DNA from: an uncultured Actinomycetota bacterium
Lineage (GTDB): Bacteria; Actinomycetota; Actinomycetes; Streptomycetales; Streptomycetaceae
DNA length: 64,000 bases
Reading direction: 5' to 3'
Assembly (NCBI GenBank): GCA_963756705.1
Contig: CAVWOS010000009.1
Span: 18,120 to 82,119 of the forward strand
Of the stretch, positions 1 to 9,556 are shown piece after piece; positions within the stretch are counted from its first letter, which is position 1; each line of letters opens with the position of its first letter. The notes below the pieces were generated by a model. The model was not told the DNA's origin. It saw only the letters and a list, made by a program, of their open reading frames with translations, and searched no databases. A program made the position numbers and the translations under genes.

Positions 1-350
1 ACCGGGCACCGGGCCGAGCTCCGCGGCCACCGGTCCGGCCTCGGGCCCGCGGGGGGTGTCGACACCCGGTACGGCGCTCGCCTTCTCCGTCCCATGCGTC
101 GACCGCTCCGGGGTCGCCGGGGGCTGCGTCCGGCGCCACACTGACCACCGCAGGGACCTCGGGCATGGTCGCCCGGACCTGCTTGACTCCTCGGGTGAGC
201 CAGTCCGCGGCTCGCCGCACGGCGTCCGCGTATCCGGCCAGTCCCGACCACCAGCGGTGGGTGTTCGCCCGGTTCCGGGCGACACGCTCACACTCCTCAG
301 CGTTCCTCGCGGCAGCGTGCGCAGTCTCGTAGATCGCTTCCTCTGCTTCG

Positions 351-1426
351 TCACGTCTGGTAGTGCAGGTGAGGGAGGAGCGCTTCGAACGCGGCGCGTG
401 CGCGGTTGGCGTCGGTACGGACCGCATCCAAGGTGCGCAGTCCTGCGGCCTCTTCACTGGCGTACTCCGCGGCACGCTCAGCGTGGATCTTCTCCGCCTT
501 CTCAAAGCACTCGCCGACCGCAACGACGTACTCCGGCCGGTGCGCGAGCACGTACGCGCGGACCGTGCGCGCGATGTGGCCCCAGTTGCCACGCTCGGTG
601 GTCCCGTTGGGGAGCGTGATGGTGATCCCACCATCCTCGTCCTCATCGAACACCCAGCGTGCGGGGAATTCGACCCGGGACACGTGCACGGTCGTCAGCA
701 TCGGGGAGCGGCGGAACTCTCCCTCGTAGCGCTCGAACCGGGAGTAGACCTCCACACACTGCGGGAAGCGCTCCGCGTAGTCCTCGGCGTCAGCAGTGGT
801 CACCCAGCCTTTGAGCACAACCGCACGCTCCGCGGTCCGGCCGTTCTCCCAGCCATCCTCTACGGCCGGCCCCATGACTTGGCGTGCTCGTGTCAATTCG
901 GAGAATTCCTCCCCACCTTCCGGGCCGGTCCCAGCCAGGCCGACCGACGCGGGCCCCACCACAGACAGCACCCCGGCCACGATGACGGCCGCAGCGTCGA
1001 CCACCGGCAGCACCCCGGCCCCCGGCGGTTCCTCCGGCGACTCCTCGGCATCGACCGTGCCGAACAGGCCCTGCGCTACCGCGGGCACGGCCGAGGCGAC
1101 CGCGCGGACACCGGGCGCCGCCGCGGGTCTCGGCGTCGCCCAGGTCGAACAGGCCCGGCTCCACCACGGGGCGCGCGGCCGGCCGCACCTCGTCCGCCGT
1201 GATCATGAAGTCGTCCGCCGTGACGTGCGCCGCGGCCCGACGGTCTTCCAGGACCGTACCGGCACGCCGTGCACACCGCGACCGTGCGATCCGCGATCCG
1301 CTCGGACGCGCGGTCCGGGTCGACCAGCACCAGGGCCCCGCGCAGCTTGGTGCAGTAGGAACGGGTGTACGGGGCGTCTGCCAGGTGCAGTACCCGGTCG
1401 GCGATGTTCTTGACGACGTGGCGCAT
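351..1426 (-). CDS. hypothetical protein (reconstructed across about 2 frameshifts near 1130 and 1230-1260)
   Basis: ATG at 1426 with an AAGGG SD; MRHVVKNIADRVLHL..CTAC, then FMITADEVRP..GLFDLGDAE, then PAVAQGLFG..HYQT join into one plausible frame after single-base corrections. Confidence 0.5.
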
Positions 1427-1482
1427 GGTGGCCCTTTCAGGGATGGGTGGGGTGCGGGTCGGGGCGGGGCAGGGGTGGCCGG

Positions 1483-2068
1483 TCAGGCTGCGCGCCATGC
1501 GTCGTACGCGGCGTAGCGCGCGGTTTCCGCGGCGTCCGTCCAGTGGCCGGAGATGTGCGCGGCGAATTCGACCTTGGTCATGCGCGGCTCGACGTCCGCC
1601 CAGTACCGGCGCAACTCCTCGGATGCGCGGGCGTAGGCCACGTGCGACGGGCCGGAGAACAGCGTCCGGGGGTGGATGCCGGCGGCGGCGGCCTTGCGGC
1701 TGAGCAGTACGCCTCGGCAGTAGTCCTCAGCGTCGCGGTACTGACGCTCGACGAACGCCTCGTACTCCGCCGCCAGCTCCGCGCGGGTGATGGTGCAGGC
1801 GTTCGCGGCGAGATCCGCCTCGCGGTCGGCGAGCCACCGCGCGTCGCTCTCCGCCTCGGCAAGCAGTCGCTCGCCCTGCTTCGCGCATGGCCCGCTCTTC
1901 GTCGGTCTCCGGCACGTAGACGATGACCGGCGGAACCGTCGGCATGAACGCGACCGCCGCGGCGTAGTGGTCCAGCTGCGCATGGGCACGCAGTGCGCGG
2001 ATGTCCATCACAAGATCGCTGATCTCGTCACAGAGTCGCTGCATCGCGTCCGTGGGCAGCAGGTCCAC
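1483..2068 (-). CDS. phage-like hypothetical protein with GIHPRTLFSGP..AYARASEELRRYW motif (frameshift near 1880)
   Basis: GTG at 2068 after a GAGGAGA SD; ORF-track pieces 1727..2263 and 1483..1989 join; motif recalled from actinophage proteins. Confidence 0.55.
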
Positions 2069-2137
2069 AATTCTCCTCAGTGGTTTGTAAACCGGTGAAG
2101 TGGTGTCAGCTAAATGCATGCTCCGCTGGTTTGTCAA
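2063..2137 (-). promoter_or_regulatory. leftward promoter/leader module (TTGACAAACC ... AACCACTGAGGAGAATTGTGGAC)
   Basis: TTGACA -35 at 2137-2132 on the minus strand; SD plus GTG; mirrored at 2689-2756. Confidence 0.55.
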
Positions 2138-2233
2138 CTGGTGAAGTGAAGGGAATTGGCGCCACTCCGGCGCCAGCGGCCCCCGGGTAGTGCGAAAGTC
2201 GGGCCACCGACCCCTCAGAGGGGGGGTCAAAAA

Positions 2234-2377
2234 TGATGTGTCTGGTGTGTCATCGCAGGTCAAAGCCTCGGCTGATGTGTCAGCGACCTACCTCGATCAA
2301 CACATCGCGGCGGCCCGCCGACACATCACTCGAAGGGTCATACTCGGACAAACGACCCCTGCTGACACATCAGCCGA
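2234..2377. repeat. TGATGTGTC/GACACATCA motif array with a perfect 17-bp inverted repeat
   Basis: TCGGCTGATGTGTCAGC 2268-2284 and GCTGACACATCAGCCGA 2361-2377; further copies near 2234, 2299 (variant) and 2320. Confidence 0.85.
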
Positions 2378-2688
2378 CGGTCATGAAAGGCTCTGAATTC
2401 CCTTCGAGCGCACGGCACTCAAGCAATTCCCGGGAGGGATATAAAGCTCAATTGTCAAGTACACGACAGGAAATTGAATCGCAAGCCCCTGGAAATTCCG
2501 ACGACAGTCCGTTCCCATTCCGCCCGCCGGCCGCGCACACCCTCGGCGTGGAGTTAACTTGACATGCTCACAGCAATTACCGGTTCTGGTGGCTCTCTGG
2601 GCGGACCCGCCCGGCAAGCCGCTGTCCCCACCGGACCAAAGGCAGCACCAGACCCATCTTCGCCTCGCACCGGGCGGGACTTCTCTGA

Positions 2689-2756
2689 TTGACAAACCGG
2701 AGAGGTCCCCGAAGGCTGGGCGCAGCGTCAATGAACCACTGAGGAGAGTCGTGGAC
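2689..2756 (+). promoter_or_regulatory. rightward promoter/leader module (TTGACAAACC ... AACCACTGAGGAGAGTCGTGGAC)
   Basis: TTGACA at 2689; SD GAGGAGA at 2741; GTG at 2751. Confidence 0.55.
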
Positions 2757-3464
2757 ACCCTGCTCCCCCTGCTGCCCCCGTCGGACCAGCGCGTGGCCCT
2801 GGGCGGCTTGCGGGCCTGCGGAGACAAGCGCCGCGCCGCCTACCAGGCGGCCCAGGAAGTTCGCCGCGACGTCTCCAGGGCTATCGCCGTCGCCCTCGGC
2901 GCGGGCGCGGCGCCGGCTGACATCGTGCGCATCGCCACCGAGAGCTATTCCCCCGCCCGCGGCGTGCCGTGCTCGGTGCACACGCGGCAGAGCGTGTACA
3001 AGGTCATCAACTCCGCCGAGGACGCCGGGGGCACGCACGCGGCGGCCGGCAGGCCGGGTCCGGACGAAGCGCTCGACGCGCTGGGCCTGGCCGTGCGAAC
3101 GGCCCTCCCGGCGGTCCACGAACACGAGCTGCACCGCGATGTCCTGGCGCGGGTCATGTGGGAGTGCATCGACGCCGGACGCGGGCCGGCCGAGGTAGCC
3201 GGCGCCTGCGGCTTCGCGTCCGCGGCCGCCTACCGGTACCTCGGCCTGCGGGGACGCTGGAACCGCGTGTCCGCCACTCTGGACAAGCACGGGCTGCTCG
3301 CCGCTGATGAGGTGCTGGTCCGCAACTTCGGCACGGGCATCGTGCTCTGCAATGTCGCCCAGGAGCCGCGTGTCCAGCAGCGGCTGCGGGAGTGCCTGGC
3401 CGAGGCAGGCGAGCGGCTGGGCGCCGGCCGGTACGGCGACTGGGCGGCCGTGCACCCCCTTTGA
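2751..3464 (+). CDS. putative DNA-binding protein with two HTH-like segments
   Basis: GAAPADIVRIA..TRQSVYKVI and GRGPAEVAGACGFASAAAYRYL resemble HTH motifs; strong SD. Confidence 0.55.
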   Translation: MDTLLPLLPPSDQRVALGGLRACGDKRRAAYQAAQEVRRDVSRAIAVALGAGAAPADIVRIATESYSPARGVPCSVHTRQSVYKVINSAEDAGGTHAAAGRPGPDEALDALGLAVRTALPAVHEHELHRDVLARVMWECIDAGRGPAEVAGACGFASAAAYRYLGLRGRWNRVSATLDKHGLLAADEVLVRNFGTGIVLCNVAQEPRVQQRLRECLAEAGERLGAGRYGDWAAVHPL

Positions 3465-3765
3465 TGATGGGAAAGCCGCGTGACCGGACAGCACGCGCCG
3501 GGCAGCGCGGACGCCTACCTCGATCGCCGGCGGAACCTCCCCGCGCAGCCCCGCACGATCCCGGCCCCGCGGCGGCGAACCGCGTTCGGTGGAAGGCCCA
3601 GCGCGAGGCCGCCGTTTCCGCCCGGGCGAATCGCCGGCCTGACCGAGCGCAGCCCGCTGGGCGGCGCGGACGAGTACGCCAGCCCGCGGCAACCCGCGGC
3701 CGGGGGCGAGCGAGAGGCCACGCTTCGGCGCGGGCGCCGTGGCGGCGCGCGGTTGTGGCAGTCGT

Positions 3766-3910
3766 CGGTCATGACCGACGACGCCGCCATCGGTCATGAC
3801 CGATGACCGATGCCCTCCCTATCGGTCATGACCGATAGGGCCTGGGCCGTGACCGATCCGGCTTTCCGTGACCGGTCACGATGACCGGTCGGATGTCCGT
3901 CGGGTGACCG
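3766..3910. repeat. CGGTCATGACCG palindrome cluster and TGACCG(A/G) direct repeats
   Basis: 12-bp palindrome at 3766, 3791 and 3823; the third extends to the perfect 24-bp CCCTATCGGTCATGACCGATAGGG (3817-3840). Confidence 0.85.
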
Positions 3911-3959
3911 GCGCCGCCCCGGCACCGGCGCACGCGTGCATCGGTGGTCGGTGTTTCGG

Positions 3960-5839
3960 TCACGGCCGGGAGCGGCCGACCGAGCGGAGATGGGCGCGGC
4001 CTTGTTCGCGTTGCCGCTGCGCGAGGAGGTCTTTCGCCCGCCGCATGTCGCGCTGGCCGGTCGATGGGGACACCTCGTTGCGTCGGGCGGCCTCGGCGCC
4101 GGACAGCCTCTTCCCTGTTGCTTCGGCCTCGGCCAGCCACTGGACGATGCGCTCGATGCGCTGGTCCTCGGTCAGCTCGCTGACCGGTGTCTGGTCGATC
4201 CACTGCTCAGGGGCGCGGGCGGTGGCCTCCGCGGGGTCGGTCGCCGGCGCTTCCCGTCGCGTCCCGGCCGCCGCGTCGCCGGTACGGGCGGCAGGGATGC
4301 CCGGTGTGAGATCGGGGGCGGCGGGGCGCGGCGGCTGTGCGTCTGCGCCGGGCCGCTCAGCAGTGACCCGAGCAGGCGCCCCCGCGGGGTCGGGGTCCGG
4401 GGTGTGATGCATGGCCGGTGCCGTGACCGATGAGGTGATGACCGATTCCGTGACCGGTGCGGACGGTCGGTGGCCGGTGCGCGGTGGCCGGCCGGATCGG
4501 TCATGCCGCGGTCACTGGCATCCGTGACCGATTCCGTGACCGATTCCGTTGTCCACTCCCCCGGGTCCTGCGCGCGACGGCCGGGGTCGCGCACCGTCCC
4601 TGGCGCGACGGCCGCCGTGTCGGGCGCGGGGTGTGCTCCGCGTGCGGGGTGGGCGCGCTCGGTCTCCTCTGGGGGGCCTTCTCCCGCCGGGGTGGGCTGT
4701 GGCCGGAGTGCCTGGAACTGCTGGAGCTGGTGGCTGTTCGGGAAGGCGCTGTACTGCCCCGCGTAGTCGCGGTAGTCCTGGAACCGGGCCTCGCCATCGT
4801 CCCGGCCCGTGGAATCGGTGGCCGGCCGCGCGGAGCGGGCGGCGGCGTCGGGGTGGGTGTCGGGGTCGTGTTCCCGGGCCGGGTGTTCCAACGCCATGCC
4901 GGCGTCAGGGGCTGCGGCGCCGGCGTGTTCCAACCCGATCGGCTCCGTCGGCCTCTGTTCCAACGGCCCTCGTTCCAACGGCGCCGGTTCCAACGGTTCC
5001 GGTTCCAGCGTGGCGGGCGCCGGGCGGTGCGGAAGGGCCGGCCCTTGGATGCCCGCGGCCTCCAGGCCGGCTTCCGCGGTCTCGGTGAGCGGCACCCCGT
5101 AGCGGGCGAGCCGCAGCGGCATGATCGCCTCGATGGGGGCCTTGCGGCGCCACGCGACGCCGTACCGCGCGCGCAGCCTGGCCCGGTACACCAGCCGGTC
5201 CTGCTCGCGCCGGATGACCTCCTCGTACGACCGCAGCTCCCACAGCTTCATCCGGCGCCACAGCCTGAAGGTCGGCAGCGGGGCGAGCAGCCAGCGGGTG
5301 ATGCGGACGCCCTCCATGTGCTTGTCGGCCGTGATGTCGGCGATCCGGCCGATCGCGTGCCGGGCGGCCTCGACCGAGACCACGAAGAGCACGGGGATGA
5401 TCGCGTGCATGCCGACGCCGAGCTTGTCGGGCCAGGCCGCGGCGCCGTTGAAGGCGATCGTCGCGATGGTCAGCAGCCACGCCGTCTGCCGCAGCAGCGG
5501 GAACGGGATGCGCAGCCAGGTCAGCAGCAGGTCGAGCGCCAGCAGCACGACGATCCCCGCGTCGACGCCGATCGGGAAGACGTTGGCAAAAGCGCCGAAG
5601 CCCTTGTGCAGGGCGAGCGTGCGCACCGCCGCGTAGGAACCGGCGAAGCCGATCCCGGCGATCACCACCACGCCGGACACCACAACGCCCACCAAGATCC
5701 GGTGCGTGCGGGTCAAATGCATACCGCTGTGGGGAGGGTTCACTTGCCGGCCGGCTTCCCGCGATAGGCCGCCGGTGTGGAGAGCGGGGGCCGGCGGTTC
5801 CGGGTCCGCGGTGCGCGGCTCGGTGTCCGGCTCGACCAT
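3960..5839 (-). CDS. DUF2637-family (Spd-like) membrane protein with C-terminal HTH (frameshift near 4430)
   Basis: IAGIGFAGSYAAVRTLA..FPIGVDAGIVVLLALDL..RWLLAPLPTFRLWRRMKLWELRSY signature; C-terminal LSGAEAARRNEVSPSTGQRDMRRA HTH in ORF 3960..4412. Confidence 0.8.
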
Positions 5840-5935
5840 CGCGTCTCCTCCGTAGCGACTTGGTGTGTAGCGGATGACCTTAGCGAGGCTTCGCGTTCCG
5901 GGGCGCCCCGGCGGGCTGGTGTCTCATCTGCGGTG

Positions 5936-8048
5936 TCAGGCGCGGAGGTTGACCAGCATCGGCGGCGCTGTCTCACCGGTGACGGCGGTGGCCGAGATGA
6001 CGGCGTGGCCGGCCGGTATCGCGGCGAGGTCGGAGGCCGACCAGCGGTCCCGCTCGACCCGGCGAACGGTGACGGCCTGGGTGGTGACCGCCTCCCCGGT
6101 GACCAGCCGGCGCACCCCGCGGGCGAGTCGTTTGGTGATGCCGCCGGACTGGTCGGGGGTGCGGGTGACGTCGGCCGCCTCCGTCCACGCGGTCCCCCAC
6201 GCCTGCGCGAACGCCCGGCCGTCCCAGGTGGAGATCCCGGCGAGCGCGATCCGGCAGCCCGCCGCGCCGAGCAGCGGGCCGCGCAGGTGCTCCGGCACGT
6301 CGTCCAGGGCGCGCAGCGCGAGCACGGCGCCGGCGTGCACCGGCCGCAGCTGTTGCAGGGCCCGCACCGACTCCGCCGTGACCGTGTGGGTGGCGTCGTC
6401 CAGGACCAGGCCGGCGAACAGGCCCCGGTCCCGCCGTGCGGTGGCGGCCGCGGTGAACTGCGCCAGCACCAGCCGGGCCAGGATGCGGGACGCCTCGGTG
6501 TGCCCGTGCTCGGGCAGGTCGACCCGCACCCGCAACGGCTGCTCCAGCGCGGCGGTCGTGAGCGCGAAGGGCCTGGACTGGTCGGTGGTGTCGAAGAACC
6601 CGGCGAACGCGGGCCGGTCCAGCAGCGCGACCCGGTCCGCCAGCAGCGCCCCGACGTCCCCCGGCTGGCCCGACTGCCGGGCGCGGGCGTCCAGTTCGCG
6701 CATCCAGCCCGGCTCACCCGCCTGGTCCAGACGCTCCCGCAGCATCGCCATGGCTGCCGCGTCCCCTTCCAGCAGCGCGCGCAGCTCGCTGGTGGAGGGG
6801 AATCGGCCGTGGGCCGCCCGGAACGGCCCGAGCACCCGGGACAACGCCGTCGCCGCCCGGCGGGGGTCGGCCCGCTCCCCTTCGGAGCCGTCCAGAAGCG
6901 CGGCAGACAGCAGCCCGGCCGCGGCGTCGGGATCGGCCGTGCCGGCGTACAGGTCCAGGCCGTACACCGAGCCCGGGTCGCCGCACCTGATCACCACGTC
7001 GAACGCCTGGTCCGGTCCGAGTCCGGCGCCCCGCGCGCCGACCGCCACCACCGCGGCGCCACCGGCGAGTGCTTGCAGACACAGCGACTCCACGACCGGC
7101 CGCACGATGTACCGGGTCTTGCCCGACCCGGACGGCCCGACCATCACCGCGGACGTCCCCAGCACCCCAGGGTCCAACGCCGCGCCCACGCCCCGGAACT
7201 GCTGCGGGTTGCGCGCGTCATCCGCCACCGTGCCGATGAGTACCTGAGCGGCCATCAGGTCATGCCGGGCGATGCGTGCCGGCAGGACGCGGGAGCCGGA
7301 CGGGTGCGGGTACGCTCCCGCTCCCCGGAGCTCCACCTCCCGGACGTACGCCACCACCCCCGCAGGGCCGGCCGCCGCCGCGGTCGACCAGGCCCGGGTC
7401 AGCCGGGCGAGATCCACGTCCGTCATTCGCCCGGCCGCCAGGTCGGCCGCGAGCCGGTCGGCCGCCCCGTGCAGGCCGGCGGCCCGCAACTGCGGCCACC
7501 CCGCCGGGTCCACAGCCGACCCGGCACCCTCCTGCGGCGCGGGGCGCGGCAGGAGGCGCCGCACGGCGGGGCGCAGGTAGCGGCGCCAGACCTCCGGCCA
7601 GTGGCCGGCCCGCCCGAACACGACGGCGAGCAGCGCCCACCACACCAGGTCGTAGACGTCCTGCGCGAGGATGAACCGGTGCACCTCGGCGAGCGTCCAC
7701 CGGTGGCCGGTCGGCGCGAGCCCGAGCCAGACCAGCGGCCGGACCCACAGCCAGTACAGGTAGTCATGAACGAGCGAGTGCGTCAGCCACCCCCCGAGCA
7801 GCGCGCCCACGGCCGTGCCGACCAGCCGGCGGTCGCGGGATGCGGTCGGGGTCGGCCGGCGGGCGCGGGGTGTGCCCGAAGGTGTAGATCCCGGGTGCAT
7901 CGCCGCGCCGCGGGGTACGCAGCCACGCCTCCATCGCCGCGCCAGGCCCGACCGGCACAGCCGGCGGAACCGCCGGCATGGGCGGAACCGCGCGGAGGGA
8001 CGGCGGGCCGGCGGGCGCCGGAACCCCGTCGGCCTGATCCTTGTTCAC
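5936..8048 (-). CDS. VirD4/TraD-like ATP/GTP-binding coupling-type protein (frameshift near 7840)
   Basis: Walker A GPSGSGKT, degenerate Walker B LVLDDA, N-terminal TM segments; N-terminus MNKDQAD (7764..8048) overlaps the upstream stop. Confidence 0.75.
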
Positions 8049-8920
8049 GTCTTTGCTCCCCCGCCGGGTATCAGCGGACGGTTCGACCAGGCGACCTCGA
8101 CGCGGGACTTGTCCCCCACCGCATTCGCGGTCGTGGTCCGGCGCTCGTACGTATGCCAGCCCGCGTACAACGCTTTGTAGAGCGGCGAGTGGTAGCCGGA
8201 CAGCACAATCGTCGCCCGGCAGTCCGCGAGGGCGGCTGCCAGTTCGCGATGCTCAGGTTCACCGCGCATATCTCGCTGGTACCGGCTGCCTGATGTGCGG
8301 GTATCGCCGAGATAGGGCGGATCGACGTAGAGCAGGACACGTGGGTTCTGGCCGTATTTCGCGATCAGATCGAGGGCCGGCAGGCACTCCAGCGACACGG
8401 TGTGGAGCCGCTCGGCTGCCGCGGCCATCCGCTCGACGTACCGTTCCAGGTAGCGGGGGACGGATGCCGTATCGCTGGGGTCGATGCGGCGTCTCCAGCC
8501 GGCCTTACGCAGCGAGCCGCCGCGCGATTGCGTGAGTTTCACCCAGACCCTGCGCGCGGTTTCCAACTCGTCCACAGACGCTTCCCGCGCCGCGAGAAGT
8601 TCCGCCCGGGAATGCGGCGTGAGGGCGCACACCCGGGCCAGGTCGATTGGTCGATCACGCAAAACCCGCCAGAACGTCATCAACTCACTGTCGATATCGT
8701 TGACTGTCTCCATCCGGGCCGGGCCTTTCGCCAGAAGAACGGCCAGGGAACCGCAGTACGGCTCGACGTAGTGACCGTGCTCGGGAAGCAGGGACACAAT
8801 CCACGGGGCGAGGGCTTGCTTGCCGCCGAAGTACGGGACGGGCGGCAGCACTCTGAGGATGGTGCTTTCACGGCTGGGAGGCGCCGGCCTGGCCGATTCG
8901 CCGGGGCAGGGGCGGGTCAC
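8045..8920 (-). CDS. orphan Dam/D12-class N6-adenine DNA methyltransferase
   Basis: PYFGGKQ motif X, YVEPYCGSLAV motif I, VNDID, LLYVDPPY motif IV; GTG start overlaps the upstream TGA. Confidence 0.92.
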   Translation of the reverse strand: MTRPCPGESARPAPPSRESTILRVLPPVPYFGGKQALAPWIVSLLPEHGHYVEPYCGSLAVLLAKGPARMETVNDIDSELMTFWRVLRDRPIDLARVCALTPHSRAELLAAREASVDELETARRVWVKLTQSRGGSLRKAGWRRRIDPSDTASVPRYLERYVERMAAAAERLHTVSLECLPALDLIAKYGQNPRVLLYVDPPYLGDTRTSGSRYQRDMRGEPEHRELAAALADCRATIVLSGYHSPLYKALYAGWHTYERRTTTANAVGDKSRVEVAWSNRPLIPGGGAKT

Positions 8921-9441
8921 GACAGGGCCCTCCGGATGTCGGCCAGCCGGTAGGCGGCCGGCCGGCCGGGAACGGCGTCCAGGCGGGTTGTGGGAACGTC
9001 GAGACCGGCCTTCCTCATGTGGCCCCTGAGGGTGCGGCCGACCATCGCCAGCCGGTCTGTGCGGCCGACCCACCGGCCCCACGTCGCCCCGTCGACGGCC
9101 TCCAGCCGGTCAGCGACCCGCGCGACGGTCAGCGCCTGCGGGTTGCCCTCCGCGGCGAAAGCGTCGAGGAGCAGCTTGGCAATCTCGGGCACGTCGGCCC
9201 GCGCGCCGGCGGCGGGGGCGGGCAGGCCCGCGACGGCCCCGCCGATGGGCGCAGGGCCCTTGTTCACGACGCGAACGGACAAGACGTGGCGCGGCTCATC
9301 GTCCTTGGCCGCATCGGCTTCGACAGTGACGACGGCGTCGACGGATGCGTCGGGCAGGGTGAGGGACACCCCGAGGTTGTCGCCGAGGTGCAGGGTCACC
9401 GCGGCGTTGCGGTAACGGGGGTGCGTGATCGGATCGTTCAT
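8917..9441 (-). CDS. chimeric protein: N4/N6-MTase N-terminal fragment fused to a copy of the TraB C-terminal domain
   Basis: VTLHLGDNLGVSLTLPDASVDAVVT (stops just before the expected DPPY) plus a 90-aa domain about 71% identical to the TraB C-terminus. Confidence 0.7.
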   Translation of the reverse strand: MNDPITHPRYRNAAVTLHLGDNLGVSLTLPDASVDAVVTVEADAAKDDEPRHVLSVRVVNKGPAPIGGAVAGLPAPAAGARADVPEIAKLLLDAFAAEGNPQALTVARVADRLEAVDGATWGRWVGRTDRLAMVGRTLRGHMRKAGLDVPTTRLDAVPGRPAAYRLADIRRALS

Positions 9442-9556
9442 GGGAATGCACGCTTTCTGCGTGGGGCGCGTCGCGCGCCACGTGGTGTCGTGGGGGTGGC
9501 GGGGTGGAGCCGGCCATCGACGGTCGACGGCGGGACCTTGACGCACTGGCGGCGAG

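Noticed and set aside
2111-2113. TTA at codon 3 if the leftward gene starts at ATG 2119
   Set aside because: GTG 2068 has a strong SD and mirrors the divergent gene's start, so it is preferred.
3480-3806. Short plus-strand ORF downstream of 2751..3464
   Set aside because: No recognisable motif and it runs into the palindrome field; coding status unsupported.
4920-5010. TTCCAACGG tandem repeats
   Set aside because: They simply encode the PLE/PAP linker repeats of the DUF2637 protein; no independent function is evident.
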